A stretch of 63,031 nucleotides of DNA, counting the filler, from Thermoplasmatota archaeon (lineage in GTDB: Archaea; Thermoplasmatota; E2; JACPAO01; JAHFTW01), in assembly GCA_041623215.1 (NCBI GenBank). It is 11 parts of 11 records of this genome, joined end to end, with 100 filler letters (N's around TTAATTAATTAA, not from the genome) between each part and the next. Parts side by side here need not be neighbours in the genome. Positions count along the whole stretch, not along the records: positions 5,906 to 11,683 come from JBFJXH010000109.1; positions 11,784 to 17,521 come from JBFJXH010000111.1; positions 17,622 to 23,280 come from JBFJXH010000113.1; 8 more parts are not named here. One strand, 5' to 3'. This document shows, piece after piece, positions 9,648-18,800 of the stretch. Below the pieces are notes generated by a model that worked only from the letters and a program-made list of their open reading frames with translations, ran no database searches and was not told the DNA's origin. Within the stretch, counting starts at the first letter, position 1, and every line of letters starts with the position of its first letter. The position numbers and the translations under genes are program-made.

Positions 9648-10283
9648 TTATGGCGCTGGCGACGGCTCGATTGCGTCAACGCGTATGGTTACCCAGATAC
9701 GGTCCCAAAGCCATGCGTAGTCGTCGGTGTGGCGGGTCGTGACCGCACCTGGCTTCATTCCCACGAGCCAGTCCTGGCCCAAGACAGCCACGGCTTCCGG
9801 CAAAGGCCGCGTCCCCGCCGGTGCCCGGCCGGCACCAAGATACCAAGTTCCGTTCGGCAACCACGTGAAGTCGGGGTGAGCGTCGAATCTCTCGACGAGC
9901 GAAAGCTCATCGTTGCTGGCGATGAGAGTGCCGTCGCCGGCGAATATGTAGGCGGTAAGATTCACTGACCAATGGTCCTTCATTCCCACGCGAGGACCTA
10001 CGCCATCGTCATCTGGCACCGGCTGTTGCTGACCAAGTAATCGGCCGACATGGGGCGTCTCCCAAGCTACGGTGGGCGCGGATTGGTGGGATGAATTGCC
10101 TTCCGGTGCAATGGCTAGCCAGGCGTCCGCGGTGGGGGCTTCGGAAGGGTCAAACGGGTACACGACAGGGGTCAGTGCCGGTGCATCTGGGTTGGGCCAC
10201 CATGCTTGACCCGCTGCAAGCAACGCCGCCGTCGCGAGCCCAAGCGCCACCGGCGCCGCCCAAGCACGCGTGCGCCGCGTCAT
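9648..10283 (-). CDS. Membrane-anchored hypothetical protein with degenerate FKBP-like C-terminal domain
   Basis: N-terminal hydrophobic segment; DGTLIASN, LVGMKPG, WVTIRVDAI motifs. Confidence 0.5.
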   Translation of the reverse strand: MTRRTRAWAAPVALGLATAALLAAGQAWWPNPDAPALTPVVYPFDPSEAPTADAWLAIAPEGNSSHQSAPTVAWETPHVGRLLGQQQPVPDDDGVGPRVGMKDHWSVNLTAYIFAGDGTLIASNDELSLVERFDAHPDFTWLPNGTWYLGAGRAPAGTRPLPEAVAVLGQDWLVGMKPGAVTTRHTDDYAWLWDRIWVTIRVDAIEPSPAP

Positions 10284-11041
10284 GCCACAGTTGCACTAAC
10301 ATCGTCGGACGTAGCCGTCGTGCCGGGTGCCAAGTCTCGGATTTTCCGGACCGGGATGCCGGCGTAGATGGCATTGGCATCAAGGGTGGTGCCCTTCGGC
10401 ACCATGCTCATGGCGCCGACGTGGCAATTGTCGCCGATGGTCACCCCGGGGAAGATGTTGGTGTATTGGCCGATGGTGCAGTTACTGCCAATCTTGATGG
10501 GTGCACGGACCAGCTTGCCCTTTTCGCCCACATGGCCCAAGATGCTGGCGTTGGCGCCGATGACGGTACGGTCGCCTACTTCCAGCAAGTCAAGATCGTA
10601 AACGTGCTGCGTGTTGAACACCACGGCCTTGCCTATCTTGGCCCCCATCGCGCGGAGGAACCAGGGGTACACTGTTGTGGGGCGGGCAAACCTTCCGAAC
10701 ACGGTGTTGAACATGAATTGCATGCCGTTGACATTGTACCAAGGCCAGAGCTTCAGAGATTGGATGGAAATCTCGCCGACGTGCGGCTTCCACCACAGGA
10801 AAAGGAATCGAATTGTCGGCAACACGATCATGAGGCCAAAGCCGAAGAGGAAGAAGGCGAGGATGCTGAAGTAGACGCCCACCAGCTCGTCGACAATGGG
10901 TGCCAAGTCCAGGCGCCAAGCCCAACGGGCGATGAGGAATCCGGGCAACGCTGCGATGGCCATGAAGGCACCCAGGGTCGCATAGCTGTAAATCCAGATG
11001 AGCCCCGCCACCCACTTGATCATGCCTTTGTAGCCGGCCAC
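10280..11041 (-). CDS. Membrane-bound left-handed beta-helix (hexapeptide) acyltransferase
   Basis: Two N-terminal TM helices; LRAMGAKIG, VGDRTVIG, IKIGSNCTIG, PGVTIGDNCHVGAMS.V, YAGIP. Confidence 0.85.
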   Translation of the reverse strand: MAGYKGMIKWVAGLIWIYSYATLGAFMAIAALPGFLIARWAWRLDLAPIVDELVGVYFSILAFFLFGFGLMIVLPTIRFLFLWWKPHVGEISIQSLKLWPWYNVNGMQFMFNTVFGRFARPTTVYPWFLRAMGAKIGKAVVFNTQHVYDLDLLEVGDRTVIGANASILGHVGEKGKLVRAPIKIGSNCTIGQYTNIFPGVTIGDNCHVGAMSMVPKGTTLDANAIYAGIPVRKIRDLAPGTTATSDDVSATVA

Positions 11042-11134
11042 GGAGCATGGACGACGCCTTCTCTGATGAAGATGATGGGTTCGAAGAAACAGGCCTAGAC
11101 CCGGGCCACCACCTGGCCTAGTGGGACCAGAATT

Positions 11135-11683
11135 CTAACGGCCCCGCCCCCGGCTCTTACCCATCTTTTGCGAGTCGTTGCTGCCGCTTGCCAATGGCAC
11201 GGTGGAAGGCAGGAAGGGCACCGCCGTGGCGAGCCCCGCGACTGTCAGGCCACTCAGTCCAGCCAGGGCCGATGCTGCTGGCGGGGCGTTGGCGTCCGTG
11301 TCCGCTCCCGAGCCGCTGCCCGAAGGGCCGCCGGGCGTGCCGGTGTCGCCGCCCGTGTTGCCCGCAGCGCCGTCAGAGTCGCCGGGCGCGCCGTCGCCGG
11401 AGCCGTCAGTCGGTCCTGATGAACCTCCGTCGCCACCATTGGTGGCGTCGCTAGTACCGCTGTGTGTGCCGCCGCCGCCCCCGCCAGATCCAGAACTGCC
11501 CGTGCCGCCCCCGCCGCCACCCGTTCCGTTGCCTCCGGTGCCGTTGCCTTCGGGTTCGAGGGTGCCGTTGACCCATTCGAGGCCGTCGGACCAGCCGTCG
11601 CCGTCGGTGTCGGGGTTGGTTGTGTTGGTGCCGAGGGTTTCTTCGATGGGGTCCCAGAGGCCGTCGCCGTCGGTGTCGTTGCC
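11135..11683 (-). CDS. C-terminal part of a surface protein with Ca-binding DxDGDG repeats, Gly/Ser linker and hydrophobic/basic tail (5'-partial)
   Basis: Manual translation: DTDGDGLWDPIEETLGTN..NPDTDGDGWSDGLE, poly-Gly linker, ALAGLSGLTVAGLATAVPF...KSRGRGR*. Confidence 0.7.
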   Translation of the reverse strand, partial: GNDTDGDGLWDPIEETLGTNTTNPDTDGDGWSDGLEWVNGTLEPEGNGTGGNGTGGGGGGTGSSGSGGGGGGTHSGTSDATNGGDGGSSGPTDGSGDGAPGDSDGAAGNTGGDTGTPGGPSGSGSGADTDANAPPAASALAGLSGLTVAGLATAVPFLPSTVPLASGSNDSQKMGKSRGRGR

Positions 11684-11783
11684 NNNNNNNNNNNNNNNNN
11701 NNNNNNNNNNNNNNNNNNNNNNNNNNNTTAATTAATTAANNNNNNNNNNNNNNNNNNNNNNNNNNNNNNNNNNNNNNNNNNNN
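11684..11783. other. Artificial contig linker
   Basis: N-run + TTAATTAATTAA. Confidence 0.98.
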
Positions 11784-12611
11784 GTCAACAAGATGGACGC
11801 CGTGGACTACTCGGAAGAGAAGTTCAAGGCCGCCGTCGAAGGCGTCACCAAGCTCACCAAGCTCATCGGCTTCAAGGACGACCAAGTCCGCTTCGTGCCC
11901 GTGAGCGCCTACGAAGGCAAGAACATCAAGGAAGCCGCTCCCGAAATGGGCTGGTACAACGGCCCGACCCTGCTCGCCGCCATCGATGAGTTCGTGATGC
12001 CCCACAAGCCCACCGACAAGCCGCTGCGCGTCCCCATCCAGGACGTTTACAGCATCACCGGTATCGGTACCGTGCCCGTCGGCAAGGTCGAAACCGGCAT
12101 CCTGAAGCCCGGCATGAACATCCACTTCAACCCGTCCAACAAGACGGCCGAAGTGAAGTCCATCGAGATGCACCACGAAGTTCTGCCCTCCGCCGGCCCC
12201 GGCGACAACTGCGGCTTCAACTGCCGTGGTCTTGGTAAGAACGACATTCGCCGCGGTGACGTTGGCGCCGACCCGGCCAACCCGGCCACCGTCGCTCGCA
12301 CCTTCAAGGCGCAAGTCATCGTCCTGAACCACCCCAGCGTCATCACCGTCGGTTACACCCCGGTGTTCCACGCCTACACGGCCCAGGTCGCTTGCCAATT
12401 CGAGGAAATCGAAGCGGTCATTCGCGGCGGCAAGCCCCAGGAAGACAAGAGCTTCATGAAGACCGGCGACCAAGGTGTTGTCAAGATTCGCCCCACGCGC
12501 CCGATGGTCGTTGAGAAGGCTGCGGACTTCGCTCCGCTTGGCCGCTTCGCCATCCGTGACATGGGCCAGACCGTCGCTGTGGGCGTCGCCACCGAAGTCG
12601 AGGCCCGCTAA
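11784..12611 (+). CDS. tuf: Archaeal elongation factor 1-alpha, 5'-partial
   Basis: [53 protein letters not shown]. Confidence 0.98.
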   Translation, partial: VNKMDAVDYSEEKFKAAVEGVTKLTKLIGFKDDQVRFVPVSAYEGKNIKEAAPEMGWYNGPTLLAAIDEFVMPHKPTDKPLRVPIQDVYSITGIGTVPVGKVETGILKPGMNIHFNPSNKTAEVKSIEMHHEVLPSAGPGDNCGFNCRGLGKNDIRRGDVGADPANPATVARTFKAQVIVLNHPSVITVGYTPVFHAYTAQVACQFEEIEAVIRGGKPQEDKSFMKTGDQGVVKIRPTRPMVVEKAADFAPLGRFAIRDMGQTVAVGVATEVEAR

Positions 12612-12648
12612 GCGGCCTCGTCCCCCGCATATTAGCGGAGGAATTTCC

Positions 12649-12963
12649 ATGGCGAACGCAAAGGCCCGCATCAGCCTAACCGGCACCGACCCGCAACAGG
12701 TCGACGCCGTGTGTGGTCAGATCAAATCGATCAGTGACCGCACCGGTGTCAACATGGCGGGGCCGATTCCGCTGCCAACCAAGCGCCTCACGGTGCCCGT
12801 CCGCAAAGCGCCGGACGGCGAAGGCAGCGAAACTTGGGACCGGTGGCAGATGCGCGTGCACAAGCGCCTCATTGACTTGGACGCGGACGACCGCGCCCTG
12901 CGCCAACTCATGCGCATCCAAGTCCCTGACGGCGTGAACATCGAGATTATGCTACGAAGCTGA
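12649..12963 (+). CDS. rpsJ: 30S ribosomal protein S10 (uS10)
   Basis: [50 protein letters not shown]; follows tuf. Confidence 0.98.
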   Translation: MANAKARISLTGTDPQQVDAVCGQIKSISDRTGVNMAGPIPLPTKRLTVPVRKAPDGEGSETWDRWQMRVHKRLIDLDADDRALRQLMRIQVPDGVNIEIMLRS

Positions 12964-13019
12964 ACCGTCACGGTTCGGTTACGTGGGCCGCCCCTTGTGG
13001 CCCACCGCCAGCATGGTCG

Positions 13020-13047
13020 TTTCTTTTCCTTTCCCCCTCCCCTTTTG
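13020..13047 (+). terminator. Pyrimidine/T-rich archaeal-type terminator after tuf-rpsJ
   Basis: TTTCTTTTCCTTTCCCCCTCCCCTTTT about 57 nt downstream of the rpsJ stop. Confidence 0.55.
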
Positions 13048-13288
13048 TTAGTGTCCGAGTCCAGCAACTGGGCGTCGCGGCACCAGGCTGCCTTTGTGCG
13101 GTACCAAAGTCCACGCCAGACTGGCCAAGGGCCGTTTCGGGACGTGGCCTAATGGCGGGAAGGTAGCGGGGGGCCATGACCTCAGGCCCATGAATCGCGT
13201 TGGTGGCCAGTCGCGCAGGTTGTCATGCCCAATCGCCTGTCCGGCCCCGACCGACAACCATGGTAGGCGGGCGGGCCAAGCCACAGAC

Positions 13289-15190
13289 ATGAAGCGCAAG
13301 CTGCGTCCGTTGGCCATTCTTTTCGCTGTGACCGTGGTTGCGAGTTCGGGCTTCGGCTCCGCCCAGCCCGGGCCTGCCTCTGGCGGCCTTCCCCCGGCGC
13401 CCGAAACAGAGTTAGACCCCGCACTAACCGGCGACGAAAGCAATGATTCGTCCGAACCAGCTGCCGAATTGGAAGCCAACGTAACAGCCGACGTGAATGT
13501 CACAGTGCAAACGCCCGGCACAGCCACGGGCGTCATTTCCACGTCATGGGCCTTCACGCCGAGCCTCGGTTCAGAACCAGAGCATTTCACGTGGCACGAT
13601 GAAACCGGACCGCTGGACAGCTTGCAGATTCGAGTCACCTTCCACGGAGCCCTGGGTCCCGTGAGTGCCGAAGGTGCCCAGGTGCACGTGGTCGGACCGG
13701 CCTTGTCCAATTTGTCGCTGCATGTGGAGGGGGACACGGCCTCGGGCCACCTGGCACACACCGACCTGACGCGCGAAGGTCCAGAAACATCCTACCTGCT
13801 GAGGGCCCGTTTGCCAGGCGGCCCTTGGTCGTATTACGGGCCGCCCCAAGGCGCCGGATTGGCGGTCGCTGCATCCACCGTCTGGGATTTTGATGTCGAT
13901 GAAGACAACATTCCGGATGGCGCCGACAACTGCCCCCACGACGCCAACCCCGACCAAGAGAACATGGATGGCGACCTCTGGGGCGACCTCTGTGACCCCG
14001 ACCGCGACGGTGACGGGGCGAGCAACAGCGACGAACATGTGGCCGGCAGCGACCCGGACGACCGCCGCTCAACACCGGAGGACCCCGACGCCGACGGTGC
14101 TAGCACGGAGGAAGAGCGCGAAGCGGGTAGTGACCCACGCGATCCCCAGAGCACCCCCGAGGACCCTGACGCTGACGGCTACGATACGGACCTCGAGCGC
14201 CGACATGGTAGCGACCCGTTCAACTCGGCGAGCACGCCTCGCGACCCGGATGCGGATGGCTACCGTGGCAGCCAGGACAACTGCCCTCACGCTGCCAACA
14301 ATCAAGACGACTCAGATGGCGACGGGCTCGGCGACGCTTGCGACGATGACCCCAATGATGGACCCGCCGGCGACGCCGATGGCGACGGGCTTGCAAACGC
14401 GCACGACCCGTGCCCGCAAACCGCGGACGACGGCGCAGACTCGGATGGCGACGGCGCCGGTGACGCCTGCGACGAAGACCGCGACGGCGACGGGACGCTC
14501 AACGAGGCTGACGCGTACCCCGATGACCCGAGGGAGTGGGCAGACAGTGACGGCGACGGCGTGCCCAACAACCAAGACGACGACGATGACAACGATGGCC
14601 TTTCGGATGAGCAAGAACGCCGACTGGGAACAGACAGTACCGTTCGCGACTCGGACGGCGATGGCATAGCCGACGGGCTCGAGTTGGCCGCCCAGACGGA
14701 CCCCGCCGACCCGTACGACCCCGACCAACGGCCCCTCGATGTCAAGGCGCTCGTGCGAGCGGATGGCTCCGTCGTTATTTCTTGGACGCCGCAACCCCAT
14801 GCCACCTACACGCATTACCGCGTTTATCGCATCGAGCCGCTCGTCGTGGTTGGCGAAGTTGAGGCCGCCGGTCCGCACCTCGTCGTTGATGCCAATTTCC
14901 CCGGTGAAGACCAACAATATGCGGTGCAGGGATTCACCGACGCGGGCCAGCCCTACCCGGACTACCTAGCCTGGGCTCGCACGGCCATGTATGCCCAAGC
15001 CCATGAAGCACTGCTGGCCCAAGCGCAAGCCGACCCGTCCGCCGCAGGCGGCTCCGGGGATGACGCCATCACGCGCGAGAAGACGCTGCCCGAGGCAGGC
15101 CAAAGCGAGCGAGCCACGCCGGCACCAGCCGTAGCCTTGCTGGCGGGGGCTCTAGCCGCTGCCGCAGCCAGCGCAAGGCGCCGCCGATAA
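13289..15190 (+). CDS. Secreted surface protein with thrombospondin type-3/Ca-binding repeats and C-terminal sorting signal
   Basis: Signal peptide MKRKLRPLAILF...; DNCP and DGDGxGDACD repeats; FN3-like segment; tail TPAPAVALLAGALAAAAASARRRR. Confidence 0.85.
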   Translation: MKRKLRPLAILFAVTVVASSGFGSAQPGPASGGLPPAPETELDPALTGDESNDSSEPAAELEANVTADVNVTVQTPGTATGVISTSWAFTPSLGSEPEHFTWHDETGPLDSLQIRVTFHGALGPVSAEGAQVHVVGPALSNLSLHVEGDTASGHLAHTDLTREGPETSYLLRARLPGGPWSYYGPPQGAGLAVAASTVWDFDVDEDNIPDGADNCPHDANPDQENMDGDLWGDLCDPDRDGDGASNSDEHVAGSDPDDRRSTPEDPDADGASTEEEREAGSDPRDPQSTPEDPDADGYDTDLERRHGSDPFNSASTPRDPDADGYRGSQDNCPHAANNQDDSDGDGLGDACDDDPNDGPAGDADGDGLANAHDPCPQTADDGADSDGDGAGDACDEDRDGDGTLNEADAYPDDPREWADSDGDGVPNNQDDDDDNDGLSDEQERRLGTDSTVRDSDGDGIADGLELAAQTDPADPYDPDQRPLDVKALVRADGSVVISWTPQPHATYTHYRVYRIEPLVVVGEVEAAGPHLVVDANFPGEDQQYAVQGFTDAGQPYPDYLAWARTAMYAQAHEALLAQAQADPSAAGGSGDDAITREKTLPEAGQSERATPAPAVALLAGALAAAAASARRRR

Positions 15191-15192
15191 GG

Positions 15193-15429
15193 CTACCAGA
15201 AATCGACGCCGCCGGCATCTTCCAGCGGGTCTTCGTAGTCGGCCTTCTCGGCCTCAAGGCCGGCTGCCTTGGCAGCTTCCACGATGGCGTCGGCTTCGGC
15301 TGTCGCCCCCTCGGGCACCTCGAAGACGACCTTCGCTCCCGCTCCGTCGATGTATTGCTTGAAGAATTGCTCTTTGATGGCGTCCACTTGTTCAGCGTCG
15401 CCGGTCACAGTGATTCGAATACTTGCCAT
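15193..15429 (-). CDS. Small acidic hypothetical protein (78 aa)
   Basis: ATG 15429 with AGGAG RBS inside the cyclophilin 3' end; strong GC3 codon bias. Confidence 0.7.
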   Translation of the reverse strand: MASIRITVTGDAEQVDAIKEQFFKQYIDGAGAKVVFEVPEGATAEADAIVEAAKAAGLEAEKADYEDPLEDAGGVDFW

Positions 15430-15433
15430 GGTT

Positions 15434-15913
15434 TTACTCCTGAATGATGCTGACGTTCTTGATTTGGTCCCACATGCGAATCTGGTCCACATGCTCGAGC
15501 CCCTTGGTAACGTGGCCAAACACCGTGTGAACACCGTCAAGGTGCTTGCAATTGTCGGGGTTCAGAACGATGAAGAACTGGCTGCCGCCGGTGTCGCGGC
15601 CAGCGTGCGCCATGCTCAGGAAGCCCTTGCCGTGGCGGCGCGGGTTGCCCTGCGTTTCGCACTTGATGGTCCAGCCGGGTCCTCCGGTTCCCGCGCGGCG
15701 GTCGCCCTTCTTCTTGGCGTGCGGGCAGCCACCTTGGACAACGAACTCGTCGATGACGCGGTGGAAATGGATGCCGTCGTAGAAGCCTTGCTTGGCCAAT
15801 TTCATGAAATTGGCGACGGTTCCAGGAGCGTCGTTCTGGAACAACTCAATCTCCAGGTCACCTTTGTCGGTGCTCATCTTGACGACGGGGAGCCCGCCTT
15901 CGCGTCCAGCCAT
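15434..15913 (-). CDS. Cyclophilin-type peptidyl-prolyl isomerase
   Basis: [44 protein letters not shown]. Confidence 0.96.
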   Translation of the reverse strand: MAGREGGLPVVKMSTDKGDLEIELFQNDAPGTVANFMKLAKQGFYDGIHFHRVIDEFVVQGGCPHAKKKGDRRAGTGGPGWTIKCETQGNPRRHGKGFLSMAHAGRDTGGSQFFIVLNPDNCKHLDGVHTVFGHVTKGLEHVDQIRMWDQIKNVSIIQE

Positions 15914-15963
15914 GGTTCCGGCCACCGGTGCGGGCACTTCATGGTTGCGACGGCCTACGCGTG

Positions 15964-16656
15964 TTAGTCCACCGAAATGGAGGCGTCGGGGGCAAGCCAC
16001 CAGCCGTCTAATACAGGGTGCTCGGAGACGGGCGAAACTTGCACCCAAGGCCCTTGAGCGGAATCATCGCCAGCGTTGCTAGCATGTTCATCGAGGGCTT
16101 GGCGCGCGGCCTTGACGGCGTCATTCCATAGCACCAAGCGTGCTTCGCTCCCGTCGCGCTTCACGATGGTTGCCTCAGCTGAGAAGCGGGTTTCTGGGAG
16201 ACCCTCGATGACGGTCGTGGCCCCGAGGTGGACCAGCGTACCTTCCAATGCTTCGGCAGGTTGCGAGCCTTGATTCGGTATTGGTTCCACTGCGGTGCCC
16301 GCCAACGACAATTCGAGTCCTCCCTGGTAGCCAGCTTTGACCAAGGGGCCCCGCAGCCGGACACCTTGACCGGGCTGTAGCACCGCCGCATGCGCATCAA
16401 TGTCCGCATCCCAGAGAACCAAATGAATCTCCCCTGAAGCATCCGCGAGGCGTACCCGTTGCAAGCGGCCTTGGGTGCCGTTCTTGCGTTGAAACGTCCG
16501 GGTTGCGTCGCGGTCCAAAACGGCCACTTCCAGCACGCCAACAGCACCCGGGCGGAGGTCCGCGACACGCAGGTACCTCGTCTGATCGTGGCCCGTCGCC
16601 GCTGCTTCGAGTCGCGCGGTTGTTCGCGGGGCGACGAGCCCCTTAGGGAGTTGCAC
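15964..16656 (-). CDS. OB-fold ssDNA-binding protein (RPA/SSB-like)
   Basis: [32 protein letters not shown] and a second ARLVLWN OB motif; TATA-like GTTATA 27 nt upstream of the GTG. Confidence 0.75.
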   Translation of the reverse strand: MQLPKGLVAPRTTARLEAAATGHDQTRYLRVADLRPGAVGVLEVAVLDRDATRTFQRKNGTQGRLQRVRLADASGEIHLVLWDADIDAHAAVLQPGQGVRLRGPLVKAGYQGGLELSLAGTAVEPIPNQGSQPAEALEGTLVHLGATTVIEGLPETRFSAEATIVKRDGSEARLVLWNDAVKAARQALDEHASNAGDDSAQGPWVQVSPVSEHPVLDGWWLAPDASISVD

Positions 16657-16706
16657 GGCGGGGCATGGGCAAAACAGTATAACGCATGATGCACAGAGGT
16701 GGGTGT

Positions 16707-17060
16707 ATGGCGCTTCGCTTCGAGACGACTGCCGAAGAAGGTGTTCAAAGCATCCTTGGCCAGTATGAAAGCCAAGGATTCCGAAGTCAGTTTGCAGCTA
16801 GAGCTGGCGGCATGGTGCATTGCTTTTCGTGTGGTGACGAGACCCCCAGTGACCAAGTGCCACTCGAGGCGCTGCACCGAGTCGAGGGTGTTAGTGACCC
16901 CGACGACGAGGCGTGTGTTGCGGCGGTGGAATGCCCCGCGTGCGGCGTCTGGGGCACCTTGGTACTCGGCTACGGGACGAGCGCCAGCGCCGAGGACTCG
17001 GCCGTGCTAGCCAACTTCATCGATGACCGTGCCCACAGCCGCATCCAGCAGGGAATGTAG
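16707..17060 (+). CDS. Conserved hypothetical protein with two CxxC motifs and RxEGxSDPDD motif
   Basis: CFSC, HRVEGVSDPDD, CPAC, GTLVLGYG. Confidence 0.7.
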   Translation: MALRFETTAEEGVQSILGQYESQGFRSQFAARAGGMVHCFSCGDETPSDQVPLEALHRVEGVSDPDDEACVAAVECPACGVWGTLVLGYGTSASAEDSAVLANFIDDRAHSRIQQGM

Positions 17061-17119
17061 CCGTCCGGCGCTGGGCTGGCCCACACAATCACCAAGTGCC
17101 CCAACGCAGGTGCCCAAGC

Positions 17120-17521
17120 GTGCCCATCACACTGGTTACTGGCGCAGCAACCCGGATTGGCCAAGCGATTGCGCTTACACTCGCCGCCGATGGCCACGAC
17201 ATTGTCGTGCATTACAACCGGGCGCCGGCCAACGGCACCCTCGCGGCCGTCACCGAACTTGGCCAGCAGGCCTGGCTGGTCCAGGCAGACCTGGCGACGC
17301 CCGGCGGGGCGGACGCGTTATTCGACGAGGCTTGCGCCCAGGCCGACACCAAGCTCGATTACGTCGTGAACAATGCCAGCCAATTTTTGCGCGGGTCGCT
17401 ATACGAGGTCCAACTGGACCACCTCGAGACCATGATGCGTCTGCATGCCTGGTCGCCATTGGTCCTGGCGCGCCGGCTGGCCAAGAACGGCGGTACGGCT
17501 GTGGTCAATATCACCGACACA
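17120..17521 (+). CDS. Short-chain dehydrogenase/reductase, pteridine reductase-like, 3'-partial
   Basis: LVTGAATRIG, VVHYNR, QADL, VNNAS.F, VVNITD. Confidence 0.8.
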
Positions 17522-17621
17522 NNNNNNNNNNNNNNNNNNNNNNNNNNNNNNNNNNNNNNNNNNNNTTAATTAATTAANNNNNNNNNNNNNNNNNNNNNNN
17601 NNNNNNNNNNNNNNNNNNNNN
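17522..17621. other. Artificial contig linker
   Basis: N-run + TTAATTAATTAA. Confidence 0.98.
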
Positions 17622-18800
17622 ACCGAAGGAGATGGCTCCTTCAGCGTTCCAGCAGCTTCCTTTGACGCGTCCTGGCCAGGAATTTGGGTGGTCAACTTGA
17701 CGTATGAAGGCAATGACCGCGAGGCGCAGGCCACGAAGGCCGTCGATGCCCCCTTGACGCACACAGTGATGGTGCGGATGGAACGCGTTCCGTCGGCGCT
17801 CAAGCCCGGGGAAACGGTCACCCTCCGCGGAACACTCGAGGCCGCCAGCGACGCTTTGCCAAACGTGGACCTTGTCGCTCGCCTTGGCCACGTCCGGATT
17901 GGCCTCGGCTCGGCTGTCCCCGGTGCCGCTTGGGCCTTACCCGTCAAAGCGGCTGCATTACCCGCGGGCGACTACACCTTATCCGTTGGTGGCACCGGCG
18001 CAGCGACCCACATTGAGATTATCCGTGATGAAGCAGCCGTCACCATGGCCTCGTTTGTTCGCGCTAGCATCGTCGAGAACATCGATGCCGAGGGTCGTCG
18101 CCAGGTCCTCATCAAGGTGCTGGACGTGGAGACGGATCGCCCCGTAGCGGGAACTCTCATTGTCCTAACGCGCTCAGATGATGCCGGCAACATCCTCCAA
18201 TCCTACGATCTTGAAACGGATACAAATGGTGAGGCGAGGCTCACGCTGGCGCCGCGCGAGACGGGTGCCCTGGAGGTTGTTAGCATCCTCGACCCCAAGC
18301 TCCGCTTACTTGAAACAGCGCGGCACCGCGAGGAGTTCGATGTCAGCTTTGACGAGGGTCCCGCCGTATCGCCGACCTTGATTGTGGCAGGCGCGGCGGT
18401 GCTCTTGCTTCTGGTTGCGATGGTGGCGGGCTACGCGTCGTGGCGAGGCGGCCACCGACGACGCATTGTGCTCTCCTTCCAGGAGGCCTACCATTTGCTC
18501 AGTCGGACACAGGCCCCACCAAGCCGCGTCATTCAGGATGCCTACCATCGCTTACTGGACGAAATGATGGCGGCTGGTTACCGGCCTACCGAGCAGGAGA
18601 CGGCCCGGGACATCGCAGACCACGCTACGCGCGCCTTTGGCCTTCCCCCTGCCCCGATGGAGCGCTTCACGTTGCTGTTCGAAGCAGCGGCCTACTCGGG
18701 CGATTCCATGGATGCGACCCATCGTCACGAGGCGCTTGCCTGCCTCGAAGAGTTGGCGGGGGCCACTAGGGCATCCTTGCAGGAGGCGGCGCCGGCATGA
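17622..18800 (+). CDS. Ig-like repeat membrane protein with C-terminal DUF4129-like domain, 5'-partial
   Basis: TDTNGEA Ig-like motif, TM helix, AYHRL...ETARD...FTLLFEAAAYS. Confidence 0.75.
   Translation, partial: TEGDGSFSVPAASFDASWPGIWVVNLTYEGNDREAQATKAVDAPLTHTVMVRMERVPSALKPGETVTLRGTLEAASDALPNVDLVARLGHVRIGLGSAVPGAAWALPVKAAALPAGDYTLSVGGTGAATHIEIIRDEAAVTMASFVRASIVENIDAEGRRQVLIKVLDVETDRPVAGTLIVLTRSDDAGNILQSYDLETDTNGEARLTLAPRETGALEVVSILDPKLRLLETARHREEFDVSFDEGPAVSPTLIVAGAAVLLLLVAMVAGYASWRGGHRRRIVLSFQEAYHLLSRTQAPPSRVIQDAYHRLLDEMMAAGYRPTEQETARDIADHATRAFGLPPAPMERFTLLFEAAAYSGDSMDATHRHEALACLEELAGATRASLQEAAPA

Noticed and set aside
11300..11560. GCC-rich low-complexity tract / Pro-rich plus-strand ORF
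   Set aside because: Encodes the Gly/Ser linker of the minus-strand surface protein
11736..12686. 316-aa ORF antisense to tuf, and similar long antisense ORFs over lpdA, moxR, folP and the giant protein
   Set aside because: Shadow ORFs caused by high GC3 codon bias; no protein motifs
13900..14720. Repetitive GACGGCGAC DNA as a possible CRISPR or tandem array
   Set aside because: Degenerate coding repeats for DxDGDG motifs; no identical repeat-spacer structure
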